Shown: positions 33,264 through 43,051 of the stretch, piece by piece
Layout: each line of letters opens with the position of its first letter
How positions within the stretch are numbered: position 1 is the first letter of the stretch
Assembly (NCBI GenBank): GCA_021775475.1
Contig: JAJFHS010000028.1
Location: forward strand, 15,729 to 79,728
DNA from: Hyphomicrobiales bacterium
GTDB lineage: Bacteria; Pseudomonadota; Alphaproteobacteria; Rhizobiales; JAJFHR01
Length of the DNA stretch: 64,000 nucleotides
Reading direction: 5' to 3'
Notes under the pieces: generated by a model
The model's input: only the letters and a program-made list of their open reading frames with translations
Database searches by the model: none
Told to the model about the DNA's origin: nothing
Made by a program: the position numbers and the translations under genes

Positions 33264-34643
33264 ATGGATCAATCTGATCGCTACGCCGATTTATCCCTCA
33301 CCGAAGAAGGCCTGATTGCAGGTGGTGGCCACGTGCTGGTCGCTTACATCATGAAACCGAAAGCAGGTTTCGGTGGCTATCTTGAAACGGCTGCGCATTT
33401 TGCCGCTGAAAGCTCCACCGGCACCAATGTGGATGTATCCACTACCGATGATTTCACCCGTGGCGTTGATGCCTTGGTTTATGAAATTGACGAAGCCACA
33501 GACTTGATGAAGATTGCATATCCCGTTGAGTTGTTTGACCGCAACATCACCGATGGCCGGGCGATGATATGTTCTTTTCTCACCCTGTGCATTGGCAACA
33601 ATCAGGGTATGGGCGACGTGGAGCATGCTAAAATTCATGACTTTTATGTGCCGCCTGAATTCTTACGCTTGTTCGATGGTCCTTCGACCTCGATTTCGGA
33701 CCTGTGGCGAGTGTTGCGCCGCCCGGTTGTCGATGGCGGATTTATTGTCGGCACCATCATCAAGCCCAAATTGGGATTGCGGCCACAACCGTTTGCTTCC
33801 GCCTGCTATGACTTCTGGCTCGGTGGTGATTTTATCAAGAACGATGAACCCCAAGGCAATCAGCTGTTTGCTCCATTGAAAGAGACCATTCCCCTGGTGG
33901 CGGATGCGATGAAACGCGCTCAGGATAAAACGGGGGAAGCCAAACTGTTCTCGGCCAATATCACCGCTGATGATCATTATGAAATGGTCGCGCGCGGCGA
34001 GTTTATTCTGGAAACTTTTGCAGAAAATGCCGATCATGTGGCCTTCCTTGTGGATGGATATGTCACCGGGCCTGCCGCCATCACCACGGCGCGGCGCACC
34101 TTTCCCAAGCAATATCTGCATTACCACCGTGCCGGTCACGGAGCGGTAACCTCACCAAGTGCCATGCGCGGCTATACGGCCTTCGTTCTGTCAAAAATGG
34201 CGCGGATGCAAGGGGCGTCAGGCATTCACACCGGCACCATGGGGTTTGGCAAAATGGAAGGTGAGGCAGCAGACAAGTTGATGGCCTATATGATATGTGA
34301 TGACAGTGCCGACGGGCCATATTATCATCAGGAATGGGAAGGCATGAAGCCAACCACACCGATCATTTCCGGCGGCATGAACGCGCTCAGAATGCCGGGA
34401 TTTTTCAAAAACCTCGGACACTCCAACCTGATCCTGACGGCCGGTGGTGGTGCCTTTGGCCACATTGATGGTGCAGCTGACGGGGCAACCTCTCTGCGTC
34501 AGGCCGAACAATGCTGGAAACAGGGTGCGGACCCGATTGAATTTGCCAAAGATCATCGCGAATTTGCCCGCGCATTTGAAAGTTTTCCCAGTGATGCCGA
34601 CAGTATCTTCCCAGGCTGGCGCAGAGCCTTGGGCGTTAATTGA
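33264..34643 (+). CDS. cbbM: ribulose-1,5-bisphosphate carboxylase/oxygenase, form II large subunit
   Basis: 459 aa, near-collinear by eye with Rhodospirillum rubrum CbbM ([60 protein letters not shown]). No small-subunit gene follows. Confidence 0.97.
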   Translation: MDQSDRYADLSLTEEGLIAGGGHVLVAYIMKPKAGFGGYLETAAHFAAESSTGTNVDVSTTDDFTRGVDALVYEIDEATDLMKIAYPVELFDRNITDGRAMICSFLTLCIGNNQGMGDVEHAKIHDFYVPPEFLRLFDGPSTSISDLWRVLRRPVVDGGFIVGTIIKPKLGLRPQPFASACYDFWLGGDFIKNDEPQGNQLFAPLKETIPLVADAMKRAQDKTGEAKLFSANITADDHYEMVARGEFILETFAENADHVAFLVDGYVTGPAAITTARRTFPKQYLHYHRAGHGAVTSPSAMRGYTAFVLSKMARMQGASGIHTGTMGFGKMEGEAADKLMAYMICDDSADGPYYHQEWEGMKPTTPIISGGMNALRMPGFFKNLGHSNLILTAGGGAFGHIDGAADGATSLRQAEQCWKQGADPIEFAKDHREFARAFESFPSDADSIFPGWRRALGVN

Positions 34644-34696
34644 CACGAAACAGCAAAGCAAGTAGAAAATCCAACTCTTAAACCCAAGAGGATATT

Positions 34697-35383
34697 ATGG
34701 ACCGTTCCATCAAAATCGCCCCGTCAATACTGGCATCGGATTTTGCCAATTTCGGCCTCGAGTGCGAAGCCATCGAGGCTGAGGGTTGCGACTGGGTGCA
34801 TGTGGATGTGATGGACGGGCACTTCGTTCCCAACATCACCTTTGGCCCGGCTACCTGTGCTGCCATTCGACCGCACATCAAAACAGTAATGGATGTGCAC
34901 CTGATGATAGCTCCGGTGGATGGGTTTTTAAAAGATTTTGCCGATGCCGGTGCTGATGTCTTGACTATCCACGCCGAAGCGGGTCCGCATTTGCATCGCT
35001 CCTTACAATATATCCGTGACCTTGGTTGCAAGGCCGGTGTTGCCCTTAACCCGTCAACACCGGCGAGTGCTATTGAATATGTGATCGACCTCATAGATCT
35101 GGTGTGCGTCATGACCGTTAACCCCGGGTTTGGCGGGCAGAAATTTATCCACTCGCAAGTGGCCAAAGTCGAACAGCTGCGCGCAATGATAGGCGAGCGG
35201 CCCATTCATATTGAAATTGATGGCGGGATTACGCCGCAAACAGCACCCTTGATGGCAGCTGCCGGTGCCGATGTACTGGTGGCGGGCTCCGCTGTGTTCA
35301 AAGGCGGGTCAGTTACAAACCCCGCACCGTATGGTGAAAATATTCGCGCCATTCGCAGTGCTGCGCAAGCTGCTTGCAAATGA
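34697..35383 (+). CDS. rpe: ribulose-phosphate 3-epimerase
   Basis: IAPSILASDF, HVDVMDGHFVPN, MTVNPGFGGQKF and IEIDGG motifs. Confidence 0.93.
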   Translation: MDRSIKIAPSILASDFANFGLECEAIEAEGCDWVHVDVMDGHFVPNITFGPATCAAIRPHIKTVMDVHLMIAPVDGFLKDFADAGADVLTIHAEAGPHLHRSLQYIRDLGCKAGVALNPSTPASAIEYVIDLIDLVCVMTVNPGFGGQKFIHSQVAKVEQLRAMIGERPIHIEIDGGITPQTAPLMAAAGADVLVAGSAVFKGGSVTNPAPYGENIRAIRSAAQAACK

Positions 35384-36075
35384 GCGTCAAGGCGCTGATT
35401 TTTGATGTCGACGGCACCTTATGCGAAACCGAAGAAGCCCACCGGCACGCCTTTAATGAGACTTTTGCTGAATTTGAATTGCCCTGGGTGTGGTCGCCTG
35501 AACTCTATGGTGAATTGCTGAACACAACCGGTGGCAAGGAACGCATGGCAGCTTACGTGCGTAATTATCTCGGCGAGGTTCCCAACTTGTCGCAAATCGC
35601 AGAACTACATCGATACAAAACCGATCTCTATGGTGAATTGATTACCAGTGGTGCCGCGTGTTTGCGTGCGGGAATTGCCGATTTGATTGCGGATGCCAAA
35701 GCCTGCAATGTAACCGTGGCGGTGGCTACAACCACCAACCGGCCCAATGTCGACCGGCTGACGGAGGCGTGTTTTGGATTACCTGCATCAGAGGTTTTTG
35801 CTGTGATTGCGGCGGGCGATGAGGTAAAAAATAAAAAACCTGCACCTGACGTGTTTAATCTGGCGGTGCGGGATCTGGGTTGGCGGCCGGACGAATGTGT
35901 CGGGCTGGAAGATTCGCGCAATGGCCTGTTGTCTTGCACTCGCGCGGGCGTGCCTTGCGTGGTTTGCCCGTGCATGTATACGATCGGATCTGATTTCAGC
36001 GAGGCAAGTGCTATTGTCAATTGCTTCAGTGAGATCAATACTGTGGCAAAATTGAATGCGGTTTTGGGAAATTAA
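35380..36075 (+). CDS. cbbY: HAD-superfamily phosphatase CbbY (xylulose-1,5-bisphosphate phosphatase type)
   Basis: ALIFDVDGTLCETEEAHRHAFNETF...TTGGKERMAAYV closely parallels Rhodobacter CbbY. ATGA overlap with rpe. Confidence 0.85.
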   Translation: MSVKALIFDVDGTLCETEEAHRHAFNETFAEFELPWVWSPELYGELLNTTGGKERMAAYVRNYLGEVPNLSQIAELHRYKTDLYGELITSGAACLRAGIADLIADAKACNVTVAVATTTNRPNVDRLTEACFGLPASEVFAVIAAGDEVKNKKPAPDVFNLAVRDLGWRPDECVGLEDSRNGLLSCTRAGVPCVVCPCMYTIGSDFSEASAIVNCFSEINTVAKLNAVLGN

Positions 36076-36077
36076 AA

Positions 36078-36632
36078 ATGGCGGTAGAAACACCTATATG
36101 TGATTTTGGCTGGCAGGCGCCGGATTTCACCTTGAAAAACGTTGATGGCACTACAGTATCATTGAGTGATGTGTCCGGGCCCAAAGGCACTTTGGTAATG
36201 TTCATCTGCAACCATTGCCCCTATGTCAAATCGGTACTTGATCGCATCATCAGAGATGCTCGAGACCTGACAGAGTTGGGGGTTGGCGTGGTAGCGATCA
36301 ATGGCAATGATGCTGATGATTACCCTGAAGACAGCTTTGAAGGCATGCAGGCGGTGGCGACGGCCAATGATTTTCCTTTTCCTTATCTGCATGATGAAAG
36401 TCAAGCTGTTGCCAAAACCTATGATGCTGTTTGTACGCCCGATTTTTTTGGCTTCAATGCCAATGGTGAATTACAGTATCGCGGACGCCTCGATGCCTCG
36501 CGCAAACAGGCCGGACCTGAAGATTTGCGCCGCGACTTATTTGAAGCGATGAGACAGGTGGCCCAGTACGGCCACGGACCCAAAGCGCAAATCCCCTCCA
36601 TGGGATGTTCCATAAAATGGAAGAGTGATTAG
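36078..36632 (+). CDS. thioredoxin-fold (AhpC/TSA-redoxin-like) protein
   Basis: 184 aa. FICNHCPYV active-site-like motif. Starts 3 nt after cbbY, so probably co-transcribed with the cbb operon. Confidence 0.7.
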   Translation: MAVETPICDFGWQAPDFTLKNVDGTTVSLSDVSGPKGTLVMFICNHCPYVKSVLDRIIRDARDLTELGVGVVAINGNDADDYPEDSFEGMQAVATANDFPFPYLHDESQAVAKTYDAVCTPDFFGFNANGELQYRGRLDASRKQAGPEDLRRDLFEAMRQVAQYGHGPKAQIPSMGCSIKWKSD

Positions 36633-36724
36633 AGTAATTCTGTCAACCGCCGGGAATGTATGGTGATAGATCCCTTATTGTGACAATATCATATTCGTAA
36701 ACCAAGAATAATCTGGTGGTGAAT

Positions 36725-37888
36725 ATGGTATGTATTGTGGGGTGGGCGCATTCTCCTTTTGGAAAATTGCCTGAAGAAAATGCGGAAAGTCTGTTGCGTG
36801 ATGTAGCGATACAATCGCTGTCGCATTCAGGCATTGCGGCGGGTGATGTTGATGGATGCTTCGTTGGTGTGATGAACAACGGGCTTAGTGCTCAGGATTT
36901 TCATGCCGGATTGTTTTCTCTTGCCGATGACAGCTTTAGACATACGCCAGCGGTGCGGGTGGAAAACGCCTGTGCCACCGGAAGTGCCGCCATTCATGCA
37001 GCTCGGGATTTCATTCTGTCGGGACGCGGGCGCATAGCGCTTGTTGTCGGTGTTGAAAAAATGACGGCAACGCCGGTTGGTGAAATAGGAAAAATCCTTC
37101 TCGGTGCAAGTTACCACAGCCAGGAAGCTGATGTTGCCGGTGGCTTCGCCGGGGTGTTTGCGAAGATTACCGAAGCCTATTTCCAGCGCCACGGAGATAA
37201 ATCCGAAACGCTGGCCCGAATTGCTGCCAAAAACCATCACAATGCGATGTCCAATCCGTATGCCCATATTCGCAAAGACCTTGGGTTTGAGTTCTGTAAT
37301 ACAGTGTCGGAAAAAAACCCCTATGTTGCCCAACCGTTGCGGCGGACGGATTGTTCGCTTATTTCGGATGGTGCTGCGGCCATCGTGTTGGCTGATACTG
37401 AAACCGCGCTCACCATGAAACGCGCCATAGCTTTTCGGGCAACTGTGCAGGTGAATGAATTTCTGCCGCTGTCAAAGCGCGATATTGCCCGTTTTGACGG
37501 GGCCGCTCTGGCGTGGAAATCAGCACTGGAAACAGCAAAGCTCTCTATCCACGATCTCGATCTGGTGGAAACCCATGATTGTTTCACCATCGCCGAATTG
37601 CTCGAATATGAAGCCATGGGGCTGGCTGAAGAGGGTCAGGGAAGTCGCATCATTGATGAGGGTATTTCGCAAAAAGATGGTGCGCTGCCGATAAATCCTT
37701 CCGGTGGCCTCAAGGCCAAGGGCCATCCAATTGGTGCCACAGGCGTTTCCATGCATGTGCTGGCCGCGATGCAGCTTATGGATGAAGCAGACGAGATGCA
37801 GATACCTGATGCTGAACTGGCAGGTATTTTCAACATGGGTGGAGCAGCCGTTGCCAATTACGTCAGTATTCTGGAGCGTATCAAGTGA
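36725..37888 (+). CDS. thiolase-like protein (SCP-x / non-specific lipid-transfer-type thiolase family)
   Basis: VENACATGSAA nucleophile Cys, GHPIGATG and NMGGAAVAN. ATG at 36725 (MVCIVGWAHSPFG); the track ORF starts at GTG 36716. Confidence 0.78.
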   Translation: MVCIVGWAHSPFGKLPEENAESLLRDVAIQSLSHSGIAAGDVDGCFVGVMNNGLSAQDFHAGLFSLADDSFRHTPAVRVENACATGSAAIHAARDFILSGRGRIALVVGVEKMTATPVGEIGKILLGASYHSQEADVAGGFAGVFAKITEAYFQRHGDKSETLARIAAKNHHNAMSNPYAHIRKDLGFEFCNTVSEKNPYVAQPLRRTDCSLISDGAAAIVLADTETALTMKRAIAFRATVQVNEFLPLSKRDIARFDGAALAWKSALETAKLSIHDLDLVETHDCFTIAELLEYEAMGLAEEGQGSRIIDEGISQKDGALPINPSGGLKAKGHPIGATGVSMHVLAAMQLMDEADEMQIPDAELAGIFNMGGAAVANYVSILERIK

Positions 37889-39501
37889 GTGCAGCAAAGG
37901 GTTTTGATGGCCTCCCTCAAAGCCGCCGGGTGATGAACCTTGGCGACATGCTAACCCAGACGGCCCGGCGCCTGCCCGATTATCCGGCCCTTATTTGGGG
38001 TGTAAAAACATGGACCTGGCGTGAGCTCAATGCCCGCGTTGATAATGTTGCGCACGGCCTTGCTGCCAGAGGTGTCGTTAAGGGTGACCGGGTTCTGGTG
38101 CAATCGCGAAATTGCAATCAGATGTTTGAGGCCATGTTTGCCTGTTTCAAGCTTGGCGCAATACTGGTGCCGGTAAATTTTCGCCTGATGCCCGATGAAG
38201 TTGCCGGGATTGCTAAAAGTGCCGGTGCTGTGGCGGTAATTTCGCAAATCGAGTTTTTGGATCATGTGGCAGCAGTTAAAAAAACCATGCCCGAACTGAA
38301 GGTCCTGATTTCGATTGGCGCAGAATTCGACTGTGCTACCTACTTTGATAGTCTGGCTGAAAATGGCAGCGAATTGCCATTTCAATCGGTAGCAGTTGAG
38401 TATGATGATCCCCTGTGGTTTTTCTTTACGTCAGGCACAACTGGCAACCCCAAAGCCGCTGTGCTAACCCATGGGCAAATGGCCTTTGTGGTGACCAATC
38501 ACCTCGCCGATCTTTTGCCCGGCACTACTGAGGCCGACCGCTCATTGGTGGTAGCACCCCTGTCCCATGGTGCTGGAATTCACCAGCTGACACAGGTCGC
38601 ACGAGGGGCTGCAACGGTTCTGCTCGAAGCCAAAAGATTGATGCCGGAAGAAGTCTGGCAACTGGTTGAGGAACATCGCATCAGCAATATGTTCACAGTG
38701 CCCAGCATCGTCAAACTTCTGGTCGAACATGAGGCCGTAGATACATTTGATCACTCCAGTTTGCGCCACGTAATCTATGCCGGTGCGCCAATGTATGGCG
38801 AAGATCAAAAAAAGGCACTGGCAAAACTCGGTCCGGTTTTAGTGCAGTATTTCGGACTGGGCGAGGTCACCGGTAACATAACGGTGCTGCCGGCAAATTT
38901 GCATACAATAGAAAACGGCGCTCTGGTTAAAGCAGGAACCTGCGGCTTTGCCCGCACCGGCATGCAGGTGGCGATCATGGATGAGGGTGGCATTATGCTG
39001 AAAGCCAATGAGACCGGTGAAATCTGCGTTATCGGTCCGGGAGTTTTTGCCGGATATTTCAACAATGAAAAAGCCAACGGCGAAGCCTTTCGTGACGGCT
39101 GGTTTCGAACCGGCGATCTGGGACATCTGGACGACAATGGCTATGTGTTCATCACCGGGCGGGCGTCCGACATGTATATTTCCGGCGGCTCAAATATTTA
39201 TCCGCGTGAAATTGAAGAAAAAATTCTGTGCCATCCCGATGTCAGTGAAGTGGCCGTGGTTGGAATGCCGCATGACAAATGGGGTGAAGTGGGGGTAGCA
39301 ATAATTGTCTGTGCTTACGATTGCGCTTTAACAGAAGCAGAATTAATCGGCTGGATGGGCAGTAAAATTTCCCGCTACAAGGTGCCGCAACTGGTTTTGT
39401 TTTGGGATGAAATGCCAAAATCAGCCTATGGCAAAGTTGCCAAGAAAACTATTAAAGAAATTTTGAACAAGGGCGGTTGGCCGAGAGGACAAGGGCAATG
39501 A
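37885..39501 (+). CDS. AMP-dependent acyl-CoA synthetase/ligase (ANL superfamily)
   Basis: FFFTSGTTGNPKAAVLTH AMP motif, GWFRTGDLG, and SRYKVP near the C-terminus. 4-nt overlap with the thiolase-like gene. Confidence 0.88.
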   Translation: MSAAKGFDGLPQSRRVMNLGDMLTQTARRLPDYPALIWGVKTWTWRELNARVDNVAHGLAARGVVKGDRVLVQSRNCNQMFEAMFACFKLGAILVPVNFRLMPDEVAGIAKSAGAVAVISQIEFLDHVAAVKKTMPELKVLISIGAEFDCATYFDSLAENGSELPFQSVAVEYDDPLWFFFTSGTTGNPKAAVLTHGQMAFVVTNHLADLLPGTTEADRSLVVAPLSHGAGIHQLTQVARGAATVLLEAKRLMPEEVWQLVEEHRISNMFTVPSIVKLLVEHEAVDTFDHSSLRHVIYAGAPMYGEDQKKALAKLGPVLVQYFGLGEVTGNITVLPANLHTIENGALVKAGTCGFARTGMQVAIMDEGGIMLKANETGEICVIGPGVFAGYFNNEKANGEAFRDGWFRTGDLGHLDDNGYVFITGRASDMYISGGSNIYPREIEEKILCHPDVSEVAVVGMPHDKWGEVGVAIIVCAYDCALTEAELIGWMGSKISRYKVPQLVLFWDEMPKSAYGKVAKKTIKEILNKGGWPRGQGQ

Positions 39502-40022
39502 TACAGTGGCCGGAGTTTCATCAACATCCCGGCGAGGTCGATAAAGAACGTGTGCTGACAAAAATCTCACACCGTAACATTGCCTTTAGTCAGCTTCTGT
39601 TGCCGGGTGAGTTTTTGAGTGATGAGTTGATAAAAGCCTGCCGGTTGCATGGTTTGAAGTCAGCGGGCGTTAATCTTGTCGGCGGGTTTCTTGAAGATTT
39701 TGAATTTTGCTTAGGCCAAAAAGATCCGACTGTGCACAATAAAATCAACTACAGGCCGCCACAAAAAGAAAGCGCTGCCGTGATGCTGATTTGCGCCAAT
39801 GCAAATATTGGTATTGGCGAAGATGGCGAACTTTTGGTCCACTGCCATGGTCTTGTTTCTTCACATAAAGGTGTGCCAATTGGTGGGCATTTTGTGGCGG
39901 ATAAGATCAGAATTTACAAACAGCCGGTGACGGCTTTTTTTACCGGGCTTGTGGGTGCGGGGTTCAGGCAAATGTATGATGGCGAAGTCACACATTCGAT
40001 TTTCAAGCCAGCAACGCTTTGA
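39498..40022 (+). CDS. PPC (DUF296)-like domain protein, function unknown
   Basis: 174 aa from the ATG at 39498 (ATGA overlap with the ligase). LLVHCHGLVSSHKGVPIGGHFVAD resembles the H-x-H...GGH core of PPC/DUF296 domains. Assignment is from memory only. Confidence 0.5.
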   Translation: MIQWPEFHQHPGEVDKERVLTKISHRNIAFSQLLLPGEFLSDELIKACRLHGLKSAGVNLVGGFLEDFEFCLGQKDPTVHNKINYRPPQKESAAVMLICANANIGIGEDGELLVHCHGLVSSHKGVPIGGHFVADKIRIYKQPVTAFFTGLVGAGFRQMYDGEVTHSIFKPATL

Positions 40023-40039
40023 AGCGATAGGATAATATT

Positions 40040-40417
40040 ATGGCGGTGGAAGTGAATAAATTGAACAGTCGGGCCATCTGTGTGCGTATTGCTCCTAATC
40101 AAGACCTTGTAACCAGCATTGAAAAAACCTGCCTGAAGGAGAACATTCTCAATGCTTTTATCAGGGGAAGTCTGGGAAGCCTTACCAGTGCCAACCTGGA
40201 AATTGCCGAGGGGAAATCACAGGCCGTAGAAGGCCCCGTGGTTGAAATATTGTGTTTAAACGGCGAGATAAAATGCGACGATGGAGATGTTCCCCAAGCC
40301 AGCCTGTATGGTGTGGTGGTTGATCAACACGGTGACATCCGGGCGGGCCGGTTTATCCCCAGTGCCAACAATGTCTGTGTCACCATGGAACTGATAATTG
40401 AAGAATGGGGCGATTAA
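40040..40417 (+). CDS. PPC (DUF296)-like domain protein, function unknown
   Basis: 125 aa. Same size and fold pattern as the previous gene (VEILCLNGEI...LYGVVVDQHGDIRAGRF...VCVTMELIIEE). Confidence 0.5.
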   Translation: MAVEVNKLNSRAICVRIAPNQDLVTSIEKTCLKENILNAFIRGSLGSLTSANLEIAEGKSQAVEGPVVEILCLNGEIKCDDGDVPQASLYGVVVDQHGDIRAGRFIPSANNVCVTMELIIEEWGD

Positions 40418-42111
40418 AATACAGGTGTTTCGCGATATACGCCCCAGACAGTTTTAAGTTTTTCAACAATGTCACCCATGGTGGCACCGGCTTTTACCAG
40501 CTTAATGGTAACGGGCATAATGTTCTGACTGTCGTCTTGGGCGGTTTGAACCAGATCGTCGAGCAGAGCTTGCACTTTGCTTTCATCGCGCTGGGCGCGG
40601 ACGCGCCTGGTTCTTGAAATCTGTTTTTTTGCGGTTTCAAGATCATAGGGGTGAGTTTCTATTTTTACGTCACTCTCATCCATTTTGTGGCAGTTGACAC
40701 CAATGACCGGCTTTTCGCCCGATTGTTTTCGCAACGCTGTTTCATAGGCAAAATCTGCGATGTGTTTTTGAAACCAGCCTTCTTCGATCAGTTTGATGGT
40801 GCCGCCGCGTTCATCAATTTCGCCCAGCACTTCGAAGATTTTGTTTTCATATTCATTGGTCAGCGCTTCGACATAGTATGAGCCGCCGAGTGGATCGACC
40901 ACCTGGGTTACATTGGTTTCGTCCGATATGATTTGCTGGGTGCGCAAAGCCAGTCGCATGGCATCTTCGGTGGGAATGGCGAAGGCCTCATCATAGCCGT
41001 TGGTGTGCAGGGATTGTGCGCCGCCGAGTACGGCTGAAAGCGCCTGAAAGCCGGTGCGCACCGTGTTGATCATGAATTGCGGTTTTGTCAGTGATGCGGC
41101 CGCCGTCTGGCAATGAAAACGCAGGCGCATGGATTCAGGCTTTTTAGCATCAAAGCGCTCTTTCATAATCTTGGCATAACACCGCCGCAAGGCGCGAAAC
41201 TTGGCAATTTCCTCAAAGAAATCGGCCTGGGAGACAAAGAAAAAAGACAGGCGCGGGGCAAAATCATCCACATCCATCCCGGTTTTTACAACCTCCTCCA
41301 CATAGACAATCAGATTGGCAAGGGTGAAGGCTGCCTCATGCAGGGGCGATGCACCGGCTTCTGAAATGTGGTAGCCGGAGATGTTGACCGGGTTGTAGCG
41401 TTTCATGGTTTTGGCTGAATAGGCAATCATGTCACGCACAATTCGCACCGATGGCGCTATTGGAAAAATGAACTCTTTTTGCGCCATATATTCTTTGAGA
41501 ATGTCGGCCTGAACCGTGCCGGATATCTTGTTGAGATCGCAACCACGCTTTTCAGCCAGAGCGATATACATGGCCAGTAAAATCCAGGCAGACGGATTTA
41601 TGGTCAAGGACACAGAGATTGCTTCAAGATCAATGTCGGCAAACAGCGCTTCCATATCGGCGAGCGTGTCTACGGCTACACCTTCGCGTCCGACTTCGCC
41701 ATCTGACATTTCATGATCACTGTCATAGCCCATCAGGGTTGGCATATCAAAATCGGTGGAGAGGCCGGTCTGGCCTTGTGAGATCAGGAATTTAAAGCGC
41801 TCATTGGTATCTTCGGCAATGCCAAAACCGGCAATCTGGCGCATGGTCCAGTTGCGACTGCGATACATGGTGGGATATGGCCCGCGGGTGAACGGATATT
41901 TGCCGGGAAGACCAATGTCTTGCGCCGGGGTATCAGCAATATCCGCAGCTGTGTATGTACGTTCAACCGGAATATCACCAGCGGTGTAAAACTGTTCGCG
42001 GGCTTCTGGCGCCCGCGCCAGAAAACCGGCGACTTCACCCGCCTGCCATTTTTCGGCTTCGGTGGCTGTGTCTTGCGTGGAAATTTGCGAGATGGTTTTA
42101 GGTGTTTTCAT
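40414..42111 (-). CDS. hcmA: B12-dependent acyl-CoA mutase large (substrate-binding) subunit, 2-hydroxyisobutyryl-CoA mutase HcmA-like
   Basis: TIM-barrel mutase motifs (FTRGPYPTMYRSRNWTMRQIAGFG, GLSTDFDMPT). Ile in RQIAG and Asp 27 residues later replace Tyr/Arg (MCM) or Phe/Gln (ICM). ATG at 42111 has a GAGGA RBS; the track start 42126 is TTG. Confidence 0.7.
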   Translation of the reverse strand: MKTPKTISQISTQDTATEAEKWQAGEVAGFLARAPEAREQFYTAGDIPVERTYTAADIADTPAQDIGLPGKYPFTRGPYPTMYRSRNWTMRQIAGFGIAEDTNERFKFLISQGQTGLSTDFDMPTLMGYDSDHEMSDGEVGREGVAVDTLADMEALFADIDLEAISVSLTINPSAWILLAMYIALAEKRGCDLNKISGTVQADILKEYMAQKEFIFPIAPSVRIVRDMIAYSAKTMKRYNPVNISGYHISEAGASPLHEAAFTLANLIVYVEEVVKTGMDVDDFAPRLSFFFVSQADFFEEIAKFRALRRCYAKIMKERFDAKKPESMRLRFHCQTAAASLTKPQFMINTVRTGFQALSAVLGGAQSLHTNGYDEAFAIPTEDAMRLALRTQQIISDETNVTQVVDPLGGSYYVEALTNEYENKIFEVLGEIDERGGTIKLIEEGWFQKHIADFAYETALRKQSGEKPVIGVNCHKMDESDVKIETHPYDLETAKKQISRTRRVRAQRDESKVQALLDDLVQTAQDDSQNIMPVTIKLVKAGATMGDIVEKLKTVWGVYRETPVF

Positions 42112-43051
42112 TTTTAAAATCCTCAATCAACGACAAGGCAAGCGAATAAGGATCACCTTTGCGGGCAGCCAGCTTTTGTGCGCTTGCGGTGATATCCAAA
42201 AAGTTGCGAAATTCTTCCAACAACAAGGTTTCAGCCGCCTTGGACAATCTGAACCTGGCAATATCTTCCCGGCGCTGTGAATTTACCGAACTATCTTTGT
42301 GAGCAGCCAATGCCTCAATCAGCGCTTCAAAACCTTCATCCGCATAGGAACTAATGCCAATAACAGGTGGGTGCCAATGGTCAATGCCGGAAGAACCAAG
42401 GCCGTCTTTCAGCATCATTTTCAGGTCTGTCAGACAGCGGTTAGCGTCACCGCGGTCGCATTTTGACACGACATGAATGTCGGCGATTTCCAAAATACCG
42501 GCTTTGATCGCCTGAATTTCATCACCCAGCCCCGGCGCTGAAACCACCACCGTTGTGTGCGCTGCATGAGCAATTTCCACTTCATCCTGACCAACACCAA
42601 CGGTTTCAATAATAATCGTATCAAAGCCCGCCACATCAAGAATATCCACAACATCAAGAGCACAATGGGCCATACCACCAACAGCACCGCGGGTGGCCAT
42701 GGAACGGATAAAAACGCCGGGGTCGAGCACCAAGTCGGCCATGCGAATGCGATCGCCCAGAATGGAGCCGCCGGAATAAGGACTGGAGGGATCGATGGCA
42801 ACGATGGCAATGGTGCGACCGTTCTGACGCAGCTTTTCCGCCAACTTGTTAACCAACGTGGATTTGCCGCTGCCCGGAACACCGGTAATACCGATAATGT
42901 GGGCGCGACCGGCTTTGCGGTAGATTTCTCCAATGGCTTCACGTGCCTCAGTCGCCCCGGCTTCGGCCCGGGTGATCATTCGGGCAATGGCCCAGGTCTG
43001 CCCGCTTTCGATATGTTCGATCAGTTCATGTGAAGGGACATAGGCTGCCAT
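42098..43051 (-). CDS. meaB: MeaB-like G3E-family GTPase (mutase chaperone, MeaH-like)
   Basis: ITGVPGSGKSTL P-loop, IIETVGVGQ and VSKCD motifs. Confidence 0.88.
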   Translation of the reverse strand: MAAYVPSHELIEHIESGQTWAIARMITRAEAGATEAREAIGEIYRKAGRAHIIGITGVPGSGKSTLVNKLAEKLRQNGRTIAIVAIDPSSPYSGGSILGDRIRMADLVLDPGVFIRSMATRGAVGGMAHCALDVVDILDVAGFDTIIIETVGVGQDEVEIAHAAHTTVVVSAPGLGDEIQAIKAGILEIADIHVVSKCDRGDANRCLTDLKMMLKDGLGSSGIDHWHPPVIGISSYADEGFEALIEALAAHKDSSVNSQRREDIARFRLSKAAETLLLEEFRNFLDITASAQKLAARKGDPYSLALSLIEDFKNENT

